From contig OZ037773.1 in NCBI GenBank assembly GCA_964035545.1, positions 9,577,751-9,641,750 of the forward strand: 64,000 nt of DNA, in the 5' to 3' direction. Under the pieces are notes generated by a model. The model was not told the origin of the DNA, did not search any database, and saw only the letters and a program-made list of their open reading frames with translations. Within the stretch, counting starts at the first letter, position 1. Each line of letters opens with the position of its first letter. Origin of the DNA: Bugula neritina. Lineage: Eukaryota; Animalia; Bryozoa. Below are positions 47,388-61,500 of the stretch, one piece after another. The position numbers and the translations under genes were made by a program.

Positions 47388-50300
47388 ATGTCTTACACTG
47401 TAGAGAACATTGTGAGTATGGATATGTTGTTGCATGTATTCATTAATAGTCTATAGTTAAAGCTATAGCACACATCTACTGCAGTAATTAAGCTAGAGAT
47501 AAAATCTTGATTAGGTATTTGCTGTTTATTGCAGCAGCTTTCATACTATATAACCTGTATAACCTATATATCCTGTATGGATAGAAATAAACGACTCGGT
47601 TTTATGTATCTCTTAGATTTATAGTTTTATAGTAAAAAAAGATTTTGTTGCATGTAAATCTATAGATTATTCAGTGGTGTTTTAATGCTGTGTAGTTTTA
47701 GCTAGTGCTAGCATTCCCTAGTCTGAGATTCAGCCTCTCTCTAGACAGTATATTCAGAGTAACACTCTTGTAACCTGTGGCCTGTTTCAGTTAAATAACT
47801 AAATGTAGAAGTATAGTCTTATGAAGATGTGAACTAGTAACTGGTGCATATATTTGCATACTTCACATAAAATTACTGTAACTGCTAATATATTTAGAAT
47901 ATTTATATCTCACATTCTACTTCCGCATTCTCCTAGCTGGTTGTTATAACAGAATAGCCTTAATCCTACCTACTAATAATACTTAGGGTTACTAGAGGAG
48001 GGCTTCCCAAATTTACTAAATTTCTAAGTTACAGATTACTTGTCATGTTTTGTCATGGTTCACTCATTTTTATCAAAATGAGTGATTTATGTTTAACCTC
48101 TTGACTACAAGAATCAGCAGTTACCATATGTTTATGTATGTGCATTACAGTATGTATATACAGTGTGTTACCTACAACATAGTATATACATTACAGTGTA
48201 TTACAGTATGTATAATTACAGTGTGTAGTGAAACTGTATACATGTATAATTACAACATGCAGATGCTATTCTTTTGCTGTTCATTGCATAGTCTAGTATC
48301 TTAAGCCCATCAGTAAATATCACTATACACAGTGAACTTAAGGGTGTTTACTTATTCCCTACTCTATGCATGCTAATTGGCTGAATGGGGTGGGTGGATC
48401 CCTGTATGTACAACCATTATGATTATAAGTTAGTTATGGTTATAAGTTATAGTTATGTCAAGCTAGTGCAGGTGAGATAGTCTCATATCTTCTGGAGTTA
48501 TTCCTTTAAAGATGCACTTAGTAATAGGTTGACCTCCATTTAAATCTGTGACCTTTCACAATCATCCTTGACCCTTCAAATTATTCCTTGACCTTTCACA
48601 TTAAACTTGGCATCAATATTTTTTGTTTATTGTTGCTAATCTACCACTGCCTGTTGCTATAGTAACAGCAACTTACTTCCTGTATTCTACTTCCTGTATT
48701 CTACTTCCGTTTGCAGAGTCTGCCATTTTGTCAAGCGATACCAAACAACCTCGGTGTTGGAGATGAGGTGGTGGTGAGAGGAAAAGTGAAGAAACATGCA
48801 GAGAGGTGAGACAGGCTTGTATAATGTGTAGCCTCTATCATCTTACTACATTATGCAATGTTATGTAATATTATAATATATGCATTATGTAATATTATAA
48901 TATCTGCATTATGTAATATAAGAATATATGCATTATGTAATATAATATAATATGCATTATGTAATACTATACAATGTTATATCTACTCATATAATACAGT
49001 TAATAAGCTTATAAGTAGTTAATGGTGAAAGATTTAAATATGCTGTTCGTGTATGTTTTATGTCATATAAAGTAAAGCACAGGACAAAGTGCTCAAGTAT
49101 TTATGCTGCAAAGTAGGTTGATGTGTGACTCACATAGCACTGTGTGTTACACCACGCAATGCGCTGAAGAAGGTCTTAAATGCTGCACTGCTAGGAGTGG
49201 TTGTAGAGTTATCTTATCAGTTGACGTCTCAATAGAGGATGTAGAAAGCTAATTTAACCACTCGGCCAGTGTCTTATCTCACAGTGTTGTCCCATCAGAC
49301 TCAGTTTATTGTTTTATAATCGGATGTTTGATATTGTAACCCAAGTTCTTGTTATATATACACATTGGTGTGTGCGGCTAGGTATCGTCCCTATCTTTCA
49401 CTGTATATTCAATGCTATAGTTAGATTTATGACTCCACCTTCAGGCATTTCACCTCTCAGCTTATGATCATTGCTCCATTTTAGAGATTTATTTACTGCT
49501 GTTGTCGTTTTGCAATATTCATTTTAGAATCTTGTTAACTAGCAATTCTCTTTGGTATATGTTTTGCCACGGATTTGTTCTTTTTAAAAGTTCTGCATGA
49601 TTCATCTTTTCTGCTGTAGATTTCACGTGAATCTGCAGACATCAGATGGTGACGACAGCGATAACGTGTCCTTCCACTTCAACCCTCGTCAGAACCAGGG
49701 GGAGGTAATAAGGAATTCCCGAGTGGACGGTGAGTGGGGAGAAGAAGAGACTGACACCCCCGACTTTCCCTTTGGTCCTAAGGCTAGCTTTGAGATTAGA
49801 ATCATATGCACTGAGTGGAACTACGTGGTGAGTTTATCGATTTGAGTTGTACTTGGTTGAATGAGTCATACTTGATTAACAGAGCCATACTTGATTACCA
49901 GAGTCATATTTGAATAACAAAGTCATACTTGATTAACAGAGCCATACTTGATTAACAGAGCCATACTTGATTAACAGAGTCATACTTGTGTATGCAGGTG
50001 TATGTGAATGGCTCGCACTTCTCTAACTATGACCACAGAGTTGTACTTGATTGACTTGAGTTATGCTTGGTTGACTTGAGTTGCACTTGATTAACAGAGT
50101 CGTACTTGTGTATGCAGGTGTATGTCAATGGCTCGCACTTCTCTAACTATGACCACAGAGTGGACTTGAGATCTGTCTCCCACATCTTTGTTGACGGAGA
50201 TGCCAAATTCACCGACATCGGCTTCAAGGCCCACTTTGTAAGTGTCTATACTCTAGAGTATATTTATATGTACATGTAACCTACTCTGTAAGTGTCTGTA

Positions 50301-53300
50301 TGTATACAGGTAACCTACTTAGTAAGTGTCTGTATATGTACATGTAGCCTAATTTCCTACTTTTTGTACACAAGATTGGAGCAGTAGATCAACCTCTCCC
50401 CTCTGCTTCTGCTCAATTATGATTGGATGCCCTTCGGCATACCATAACCTGGTGACAGCGGCCATTTATTTACTTATTTATTACGTAATATCTTCTCATC
50501 ATCTGCTGACACTAGAAGGTGGGAGCATTCATTACATCGGCTAATAAGTAGTGCCAGTCCAGATCTACACCTTTCTAGGGAGTTGCCTTTCCAGTCACAA
50601 TTGGCCATGTCTGTGACATAGGACTGTAGTTGTGGTGATTCAACTAGTTCAAGGCAAGGCAGAGGATAAATAAAGCGGAATTTGTTTTTAAAAATGAAGT
50701 CTGGGCCATAGAATTTGTCTGCCTATTGCTTTGGAGTTTTGAAACTAGGGACTAGCATGTTTTCCCTGTATAATTCTGTTTATTTAACTTGACTGATGGG
50801 TTTGTTAGCAGCATTCTAATACATAGGTGTATAGGTTTAGTGTAACCTGGTAAATATGCAAGACTATAACATTATGATATGGCTACATGAAGTTTCTCAT
50901 GTAATAAACAGAAATTGAACTTTTTGTGTTATTTTCGACACAATATTTTCGATACTAAATTTCACAAGATTTTGGGTCCAAAAGAAAGTAGCCTACTAGT
51001 TGATGTGTTTTTCTTATCACTTATAAGCATCACTACATGCTTCTTTCAGGGTGCTAGATACAAGAGTATCATTCCACACGAGTTGGTTCCAGGATCCTGG
51101 GTTATGGTTACCGTGGCAACTCACCAAACGCCTCACAGGTGCAGTATTTTACCTTCTCAATATCAGCCAACTTTTCGCGACTGATTAGCAGTTGTCTTAT
51201 CAAGTATAAGTGTGTCTGTTGATTGGCAGATTTGATATAAACTTGAACAACGAAGACGGAGATGAAGAGAGGGCCCTTCACTTTAACCCCCGCTTCTACC
51301 AAGGTGAGACGGTGAGGAACAGCAAGCTAGGCGGTGACTACGGCGATGAGGAAACAGACGGAGGTTTTCCCTTCGAGGCGGGAAAAGTCTATGACATCGG
51401 CATTCAAGTTCAAGAAGAATATTACAAGGTACGTGCCTTCATGGTGTCTTCATGGAACTGAGGTGATAACTCCTGAATCAAGCCTTCGTATATTCTCTAG
51501 TTAATAGTAACTCTGGATATAGTTTGCTCGCTGTCGTTATATGTTCTATTTGTTGTCTTTACGCGCTAGTCGCTGTCTCTATACTCTAGCTGCTGTCTTA
51601 ATACTCTAGTCAATGTTTCTATCCTCTAGTCAATGTTTTTATATATTCCAGTTGCTCTCTGTACACTCTTAACTTATATTGGTATTACATTTACCTGTCC
51701 AGGTGTACGTGAACGGGGAGCCATATGTCTTGTATGCCCACCGAAGTGCTCCTTCCGACGTGCACTTTATGACTGTCAACGGAGATGTCTCTGTGCTGGA
51801 TGTCAGATTCCTCGGTGCCTTCGTAAGTGTCCTTTGTGTGTGGAGGTTAATCATGTTCTGTGCCCACTCTATACTCACTAGATCCCATTGTGTAGGAGTA
51901 TATTATGTTATGTGAACAGGTAGATAATACATAATAATCTGGCATAATAATATTTTCATTAGATATATACCGTATGCCTACCTGAAAACTGGATAGATTT
52001 TATCATTTCTAATTTGTGTAAAGAAAGAAAATATCCCAAAGTGTAGAACACTTTGGATGCTCTGATATATTCAGCCGCTGCCATAGATGTTACGCTGTCT
52101 CTGTTTACTCTGTATCTACGCTGTCTCTGTTTACGCTGTCGTTTATTCACACAGGAAGACAACACGTACCGCCCAGTTCCAGGCCTCAAGGCTGGTGATC
52201 AGGTGACCATCATTGGCTCCGTACACGATGATCCTGAAAGGTATGCACTTCGACCAATCATAGCAAGTATAAAATATCACAGAGCTTCCCTTACATTGGC
52301 TGTTACTTTATTACCTCCTTTTTTCACTTCCTTTTCTCTGCTCACACAATAGTGGCTCTCAATGTTATTGGGACTTTTCATCTCTTGCAAGCTGCTGTTT
52401 ACCATCTTCTCTTGTGTTTATATTCTCAAATGAGCATTTTTGATAATTAAAGTATGATTATCATAGTAGCAGCAGCAGCAGTAGCAGTAGTAGCAGTAAT
52501 AGTGGTAGTGGCTGTGGTAGTAGTAGTGGTAGTAGTAATGGTTGTGGTAGTAGTAGTAGCAACACTATTTTAGTTGACTTTCTGCTCTGTTGACAGAATT
52601 GTGGTGAATCTTCAAGGTAAGACACCTGATGAGTCATCTTCTAGCTCAGACGAGGAGGAGAGACACACAGACATCCCTCTGCACTTCAACCCTCGCTGGG
52701 ATGAAGGTTTGTAAGGCCTCTTGTCATTGGCTAGTAACATTGTGTCAGTGTACCAAACTACTCTACACACATTTACTAAACTACTGTACATACATATACT
52801 AAACTACTGTATATACATGTACCAAACTGCTGTACATACATCTACTAAACTACTGTACATACATGTACCAAACTGCTGTACATACATGCACCAAACTGCT
52901 GTTCATACATCTACCAAACTACTGTACATACATCTACCAATTTGTTGTACATACATGCACCAAACTGCTGTACATACATTTACTAAACTACTGTACATAC
53001 ATCTACCAAACTGCTGTACATACATCTACTAAACTACTGTACATACATGTACTAAACTACTGTACATACATCTATACCTGATACACCGAGACTCATGTTG
53101 GAATCTTATGCCTCAGGTGAGATAGTGTTGAACACGTTTAAGAATGGAGAGTGGGGGGACGAGGAGAGATACCCCCTACCCGAGGCGTTCTATCCGGGCA
53201 GACAATTCCATATCATATTCAATGTCGGAGACGACGACTATGAGGTGAGAAACTCGGTCTATTGCTAGATGATTTGTAATTAGCAGTTGAATTACCTCTG

Positions 53301-53627
53301 CTTTGTTTTTAGTTCTCTAATGCCTAGCACCTTCTCATTGCATTATTAAGAGGTTATTTTTGTATTTCAATGTATAAAATGTTTAAAATAAGGTACAAGC
53401 TGTATGCTATTCTCTGTACTAGAAACAGTCTGTTTCAATATATAATTATATAATATTCGTGCTATTTTTAGATATTTGTGAATGGAGAGTATTTGGCCAA
53501 CTACGGCCACAGAATAAAGTCAAAGAAAGTCCGGTTCATCCAGCTGGCTGGTACAGCTTACTTCAGCTCCGCCAAACATTCTCAGAACGCATATTACATC
53601 AGCGATAATGGCTTCCTTTATCGATAA
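47388..53627 (+). CDS. Galectin with three tandem CRDs (442 aa, 11 coding exons)
   Basis: Exons 47388-47411; CRD1 48717-48805, 49620-49827, 50118-50237; CRD2 51050-51138, 51230-51428, 51703-51822; CRD3 52155-52240, 52597-52706, 53117-53244, 53472-53627. All phase-consistent (1329 nt). Each CRD has HFNPR, VxN, [WY]GxE and [YF]VNG..YxHR. No signal peptide. Confidence 0.92.
49845..50117. repeat. 19-bp minisatellite (ACAGAGYCATACTTGATTA) containing a partial duplicate of galectin exon 4 and its acceptor
   Basis: 49982-50040 is nearly identical to 50102-50160 (120-bp offset). Confidence 0.9.
52749..53076. repeat. 23-bp intronic minisatellite (CTACTGTACATACATCTACCAAA) x~14
   Basis: Direct inspection; occupies most of the CRD3-specific intron. 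Confidence 0.93.
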
Positions 53628-54447
53628 ACTGTCAGCAATAATGGCTTCCCTTATCGATAAACTGTCAGTGACTATCGATAGAATAGCAGACATAAGTTTA
53701 CTATTTTCAGTTAATTGGTTTCCTTAATTTTTATTTTTGTTAATGAAATGTAGCAAAAAGCATATACATTTGATGATTATAGTACTTAGAGTTGTCTATA
53801 CATGGCGGGTTAGTTCCATGTGGCTTAGTTTTGGTTACAAATCACTCATAGTCTTGTAGATTTTTTTTATTTTGAGAACTATTTGAACAAATAAATTACT
53901 CTTTTAGGATTCTATATAAATAAATGTTTGTTTATTCCAGACATATATATCTATTATTACAGACAACATGGTTATATAATTTTAGGCTATCCATAGAACA
54001 ACAAAAAGGGAGCCAAGAAATTTAAGAACAATTTTTTTTTTTAATTTAATCCATATTCAAGAACAACATAAAATTTATATAATGCATATAACAGTTCAAT
54101 GATATATTTCATAGATATTAGAAGCTTCCATATCCTTGCATTCATTTAGCTGTCACAACAAACAAGTTGAATAAGGTATGACTACACATCACTAGGAAAT
54201 ACCACAAAGTATATAAACCAACCAATCAGAATTTTTGTATTTTGAAGTTTCGCAAAAGGTTATAGTGCCTGCCTTTCTTAAACAAAAGCATTTGAATGGA
54301 CAGAAATGATGAAGAACCATGACAGTTGAAATAAAATGATTACAGTTAGATCTTTTTAGATAATGAATTGATATAGAAAGCAGTGATATTTAGTTAGAAT
54401 AAATTGCTTGGATACCATATCTAGATTTTCATCAACAGCAAGACGGA

Positions 54448-56443
54448 TCAGCAGGTTGAAGGGTGGCCAGAGCAAGTCTCTACTGACTCCACACGTAGCT
54501 CTTCTATGAAAATGTGGAAGGAAGAATAATACCCAGTCTGCACTGTAGAGTAGCCATATTGGTTCTCAACTGCATACGATATTTCCTTTGCCCCGGACAG
54601 TAGGCCGTGACATATTCCACTCACTAAAAGTACTTTACAGTTACAAAACAAACTTTGACCTTTGAAACATCTAATCGTACAGTGAACCATAATTAGCTAA
54701 ATTGAGTAGAGATCAAGATGCTATGGTATAGAGTTGCTAAGAAACTGTTGAATGGTTAACATATGAATACAACTCTAGCAACAAAGTAACTGCTTCGGTC
54801 CAGTAAATAGTGTAGTACAAATAGAGTTTTCTTCTGTTTTGTCAAAATATAACACAGTCAAAGAAACCAGATTCGATTCTTCTGTTACCTTGCATGGGGT
54901 GGTGATAAGCCGTAGTATGATCAAAGTGATTCGTTCCTTCTATTTTGCCAGGAGATGGACAATCTTGTCTATTAATTTTAAAGTACCTGCAACAGTAATG
55001 TATCGTTACCACTCAGGTTAAAATAGATTGAAAGATTTAGTAATGATTTTGCCAATATAACATACCCAAAAATAGTATTTGACTATATGAGATGCAACTA
55101 ATTTATATAAATTATTTCATTTAACTCATTAATATGTTTAATTTATTAGCCCACCATGATGTCTAGAAAACTAGCCATTAAAAATAAAATAATCATTCAA
55201 AAAATCAATTAAGTATACATTGATTATTACTATTATTGACATCTAGTTTGTGAAACTATTAGCAAACCAATGAATCATGTTTCAGGGTAACTTTCATGAA
55301 AATAATGACAACTAAAACAAACCATCTGACTGAAGATGCAGGTGACACCGTACTCTCTCTAGTCACGTGATTGCCGCTTGCTGTTAGCCTCAATGCCGTG
55401 TCGGAGTGATATTTGTTGTAGGTGAAGGTCATTATGTCACCTAAATTTATATCGAAGTTGGCTTTCCACCAGTGATATCTTGTCAAATAACCACTGTGTG
55501 TTCTGTACAGCTGACTACCAACTCTAACTATAATATACAATAACGTTAAGATGAATGCATCTCTCCTTCTAGATCTTTCTATTTACATTCTGACTGCTGA
55601 AATTCAAGTCTATACAATACAAGGCATTTGTCAATTAAAATATTTGTTACGAGCAAAAATTTCTTTCTGACAAAATGCATCAAATAAATTGTAAGGTTCA
55701 TGCACATAACATTATCATATGTTAAATATTATAATTATAGTGAGTATACATGAAAACCTGCAAGGCTATATTAAGAGCATTGCACAATGATATAAAACAA
55801 CAATAATGAGTCCTATAAAAACAACATTTAAATAAAGAAAACTGCCAGAGCCGGGTATGAGCATTTCTAGATAAACTAATGAGGTATTAATACAAGGAAT
55901 TATTTAAAGAACTCTTTAAAATAAACCTCCATCTACAGCCTGCTTCAGTCTGACTTCCTCAATGTGGAGGTTGGACACAGAACTTAGTCCCCCGGTTAGT
56001 ATTGGAGTCGGTTGAAATCCAGCGACGTCCGTACACTGGCCAATTTTCACACTCAGAGAATGAACACCAGCTTCTAATACATTGTCGCAAATCCCTTCAG
56101 CTGAAACCAGAAGTAAACTAGCTGGGATGAAAGGTCAACAAAGAAACATCAAATTTATTCATCTCTTACAGGCAATTTGTCATGGCTATTGAAACTTTTG
56201 TCAAATTTGGTTTTAATGTAAAAATTATATTATTTTTAGGCATCTATATTATACAATAAATTTTCAGCTTTAAATAGTTAGTTTTAGCTTTTTTGAAACA
56301 AATTATACTGTATATGAACAAATATAATCATTAGTATATTATGATGATTGTTTAATAAATTATTAGCTTTTAATCAACTATGTGGCCATTAATTTAAACA
56401 AGGGGGAAAAATTGAAAATAACTAATTTTTATTTCTAAGTAGC

Positions 56444-56480
<37 letters not shown>

Positions 56481-58481
56481 TTAAATTACAAACCTATATA
56501 TAATTATGTTTGCTGCATTTATTTCAGATCTATATTAATTTCTGTAGAAAAGCACTAACCTGTTCTCACTCTCCCGTGATCTTTCCAGTAGCTGTAGCGA
56601 TTGGTGGATAAATGAGAGATGATGTAATCTAGCTGAGGGTTACATTCCATGTCATCTATTGTAATGTACCTGACAGCAATGCGGACACAATCTCAGTGAT
56701 TAAATCAAATAATCAAAAATGTGTTGCCAAAACCTGCATTTCCCAGAATGCATTATGATTAGTTTTGTGTTAGAAAAACCGCATTTCAGCCATTTATCAG
56801 AGCACAAAATTTGTGTAGTAAAACATAATCAATTATTAAACATCTCTGTGTTTCAAATAATTATATGCTTGTTTTTCTTACCTTTAACAATAAATATGTC
56901 GAAAAATTATCTATTGTGTTACAATAAAACAAAGAATATTTTATGTGAATGCCACACATCTAAATATATGGAATTGTCCCACTAAATACGCAGCTAATGA
57001 TAGGAAGTTGTTTCCTTTAAATAGAAGTTGTAATGTGTTTGTGTTGCAAACAATGTAGCTAAATATATTATAAGTAGCTGATAACCGGTTTATAAAGCTA
57101 AATAATTATAACAGGAAATGTATGACATCAGAGCTATAGTAGCTAGTAGCTAATAGCTAGTAGCTAGAGCTATTAACAGCACAAAACTGCCAATATCCAA
57201 CTCCTTACATACTGCCTGGTGGGTTACTCACCATCGAGCACAGTGTAAGCTGTTAGAGGACTTAAGGCTGATCGATGTCAAGGCACTGAATTTGATTCGC
57301 AAACTGCTGTCATCAGCCATCTTTTCAAATGTAACAGTCTAAGAATTGAAACAGGTGTCATGTAATGTGTACATTATATGTTTTATAAATTAGACATTTA
57401 TTAAGAGATATTCAATGTATTAGGTTATAGGTAATATGAAATAGCTATGTGTTGTATAATAAGCAGTAATATATAATATTATTTATTTTGCAATAATTTT
57501 GTATGATGCAATAATGAAATTATTGGTGTAATATAATCATATTTATGCATTATTTATTAAATATATTTAATGTAAATGATATACTTAATGTAAATGATAT
57601 ACTTAATGTAAATGATATTCCTAATGTAATTGCTATGTAATTAGTATGTAATTTAATCCTTGGAAATAGTAAAGGAAATAGAAATGTATAAAATGGACCA
57701 GTAAGTCAGCGTAAGAAAGTCTCTAAACTCAGTGAGTTACAAACTTCAAGTATAGAAGGGTAGATAACTTCTTAGTCAAGATTGTATGCATAACAAGCCT
57801 CTTTATAGTTTGCTGTATAAACAAATCAATTTGATAGCAATACTAATTGGAAGTGACTTGCAAATGTGCAATTAACACTAAAATAGTTTCATGTATTTTT
57901 ATTTCTTAAAGTCAATAACTACGTGATGCTAAGTGAGTAGATCTTTATAGTTTCGATCAGAAAGATTTGAGATGTTGTCACAAATTATGACAATAATACT
58001 TTGATAGTAATATTACCCTGACAGCTGTATGATATTATTACCTTGACAGTGCGATATTACCTTGAAATTGATACTACCTTGATAGCTAGTATGATATTAC
58101 CTTGACAGTATGATATTACCTTGACATTGATACTACCTTGACATTGATATTACCTTGACATTGATACTACCTTGATAGCTAGTATGATATTACCTTGACA
58201 GTGCGATATTACCTTGACATTGATATTACCTTGACATTGATACTACCTTGATAGCTAGTATGATATTACCTTGGCGGTGTTATATTACCTTCAGAGTGAC
58301 GTTAGTCAGAGACAAATCTTCGCTGCCAGCAATTAGCTCTGTCCAAGTGTAGTACTGGTAGTTAAATACATTCAGCAGAGGACAAGGCTTTGCCAAACCA
58401 GCTGCAATATGTGCTTTATATGAACAAATATTGTACCTGCATAGTCTGAGCTGTGCTTTATTTCCAGTATATATTTTAGCC

Positions 58482-58526
<45 letters not shown>

Positions 58527-61500
58527 ACGTATGTCACATCACTAACACATATGTAATGTGTCACATGACTAACATGCATGTCACATGACTAGCATATATG
58601 TCACATGACTTGCGCATGCGTAATATGTCACATGATTACCACATATATGTAACATGACTAGCCTATATGTCACATGACTAACTAAGGTGACAGATTTGTT
58701 CTTGCATTGTATAGGCAGTGACTATAGTAGTATTGTATTGTGTATAGATTCTATAGTAGTATTGTATATTGCTAAGATGAAAACAATTGAAATACTTTCA
58801 AGACGTTGAGATGTGACTTCCATAAGCAGCATGGTTCTGGCGTACCTCCAGCCAGTTAGAGTAGGGGAGGTTGAGTAACCTGAACAATGACCAACCACAA
58901 CGTCAACCTCTATGTTCCCCGCCTCCAGACCATAACAGGTTCCGTCAACTAAATCAACAGAGGGGGATAACTTACAACCAAGCTTCAAAACCAGTTCTAT
59001 ATAGAATGTAAAACTATGGCAACAATATATTATTGATGTCTGATTTGAGCCTTTTAATTATTTTCTTGTGAATCAGTTCAGGTTCTGCTATAATAGACTA
59101 TATCAGCGCCCAATACGTAGTATGCCAGTATTATTAATCAAATGCATAGCTTAGCTAATAACTATAAATAATAGTAATAAACATATTGAATCCACATGCT
59201 TCGTGATGAGGTTGTCATTTTCACTGATGGAGTCTCTATATATCAGGTCATATATTGCAAAAACCTGTTAAGATTGTAATAAATATATCACTATTTTATT
59301 TAAACCATTTGGGCAGTTACATAAGTGATCTAGTGTTTATATTTAATGTGCTTTTCAAAATGCATGAGTTACTTTAGCACATCATGAGTCCAACTGCTGC
59401 TAATGAAACCTTTATGGCAACAGACATTACAACTTCTAGTCTATTTGTGGTAGAGTTAGAGTCTTTAATTCTTCAATGAGAATAAAGTGCTTGTGTATTT
59501 GTAGGAGGTTAATTAATTTATATAGATATACTTTTCAACTTAGAAAAACTCTAGTCATGAGATATTGTTGCAGCTAAGAAGTTCATTCATAACTCAACTA
59601 TATATACAAGCATTTTTCTTACTGTCAATACTCCGGTAGAGTCTTCCGGTGTCGGCAGTATAATCCAGAAACTCAATAGATGCAGGGTCAGAGCAACTGT
59701 GACCATCAAAGGTCAAGTACCACCTGTAGCACCCTGCATAGCCGAGGTGGGCGCCAACCACCATGTGTAGAGTTACTCTTAGTCCCGAGTCGTTGGATCT
59801 TTTGGGATACGTCAAACTCTAAACACATGTATTTGTAACTTTACTAATTTTATCTTTTCCAGTTTACTAGCAAATCTATGGGCATATTATAACTAATGCT
59901 GATAAATGTCGAAGTATGGCAAAAACACTGTTTGCTGTAAAAGTTGGTAACAAGAATATTATCACAAATTGATCACTAGAGTAAAGTTTCGTTTATACCT
60001 CTGCTATAAAACAATGAAAGTGAACATTTGAAATTGAGAAATAACAAGATGGTGTACTGCAGCTACTAAAAATTAGAATATTATTTAATTTAATTGTTTT
60101 AGGCTATTTTTTATTCAAGAAAAAATATGATTTACTGCTTACAACTATATGAGTCATGAATTACCAAATAACGTCTGACGAGTATTTGAATTTGAAAAAC
60201 TTACCATAACCTTGCCTGAGTTGGTGGTGTCTGCCAAACTGGCCCAGTAATGTCTCAGATTCTGGTACTCTTGGAGAGCGTCACATTCACTTCTACCATG
60301 TTCAGCTAAATATTATACTTATAAGTAGGCCATGATATTTGCTTATAGTTTGATTCATGTCAGCTAAATATAGTATACAGAGAGTGACATGATATGTCTT
60401 TAGTCATTGGTTCATGTTTAGCTAAATTAAGATTATATGATTTATCTACTAAGTTTGGTTTATGTAACAATAGAGCGCATACAAACAGAATATACGAAGT
60501 AGAAAAAATTTGGGGGGTACGAAGCAACAGTCCTGTTGCTAGTCAGCAGAAATGAATGAAAAGATTAAAGAAAAACAGAAATTACCTGCAAGATATGTTT
60601 TAGATTCAGCATAAAACATGAAGTTAACCGTCCAGACACTAATTGTGGGAAACTCACCAACACAAACTGGAGAAGTTAGTTCTTCTTCCATTGAACCTTT
60701 GAAACAGACTTCCTGCTCACTGCATTCCTTTCCGTCACAGTTGTCATGCTATATATTAAGATAAAATATTTGCTATTGCTAGTCTACTATAATAACTAGT
60801 CTGTATATTGGAAGGTGTTCAGATATAGTCATTGGTATTAAAAAAGCTAAAAATGAAGTGAACGTTACATTGTTAATTATATAAAGCTTAGATATATATA
60901 ACTCAAATAGCTTTATTTTATGAAACATGGATGTATATAGATTAAAAAACTGCTATTTAAAATAAGTTGTAAGGTATAATATACTAAGCTAGTTATTTTG
61001 TTTGTAACTTAGTTGAAATACAACAGAAATCCTGTGATGCAACAATTATTTGGTAGATTTCTTTCAATTTTATGGATGTTTGCTCAAAATTTTACAATGC
61101 AGCTTAAAATAAAATCACAAATTAAATATGCTTTTATGCATGAGTTTGCTATAACATTTTAGTTGGTAGAAATATTTAGATATATTTAAATTAGTTTCAA
61201 AGTTTGGTCTGGGTAGGAAACCCTCCTCAAAGTAAAGCAATATCCTGAGGATACAGACTTAGAACTCAAACCTGGCCTGACGTAAAGTACTCAATCAAAT
61301 CTCCTGTTACAAGAAACTCAGTCTCAGAGTCAGAGTCAGTCTCAGAGTCAGGTTTGTGAGGCATAATCTCGTAGCATTTTCCTAAAAGTATTCAGTATTA
61401 TTTTACAACTATAGGCTATAATAAAATACGTATAATATGTATATAATATTAGACAGCTGTTGTGGTTGACAAGACAAGTGGTGTTTCAGCTCTATCTATA

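Noticed and set aside
52721-53081. HTSTKLLYIH-repeat ORFs
   Set aside because: 23-bp minisatellite within a galectin intron.
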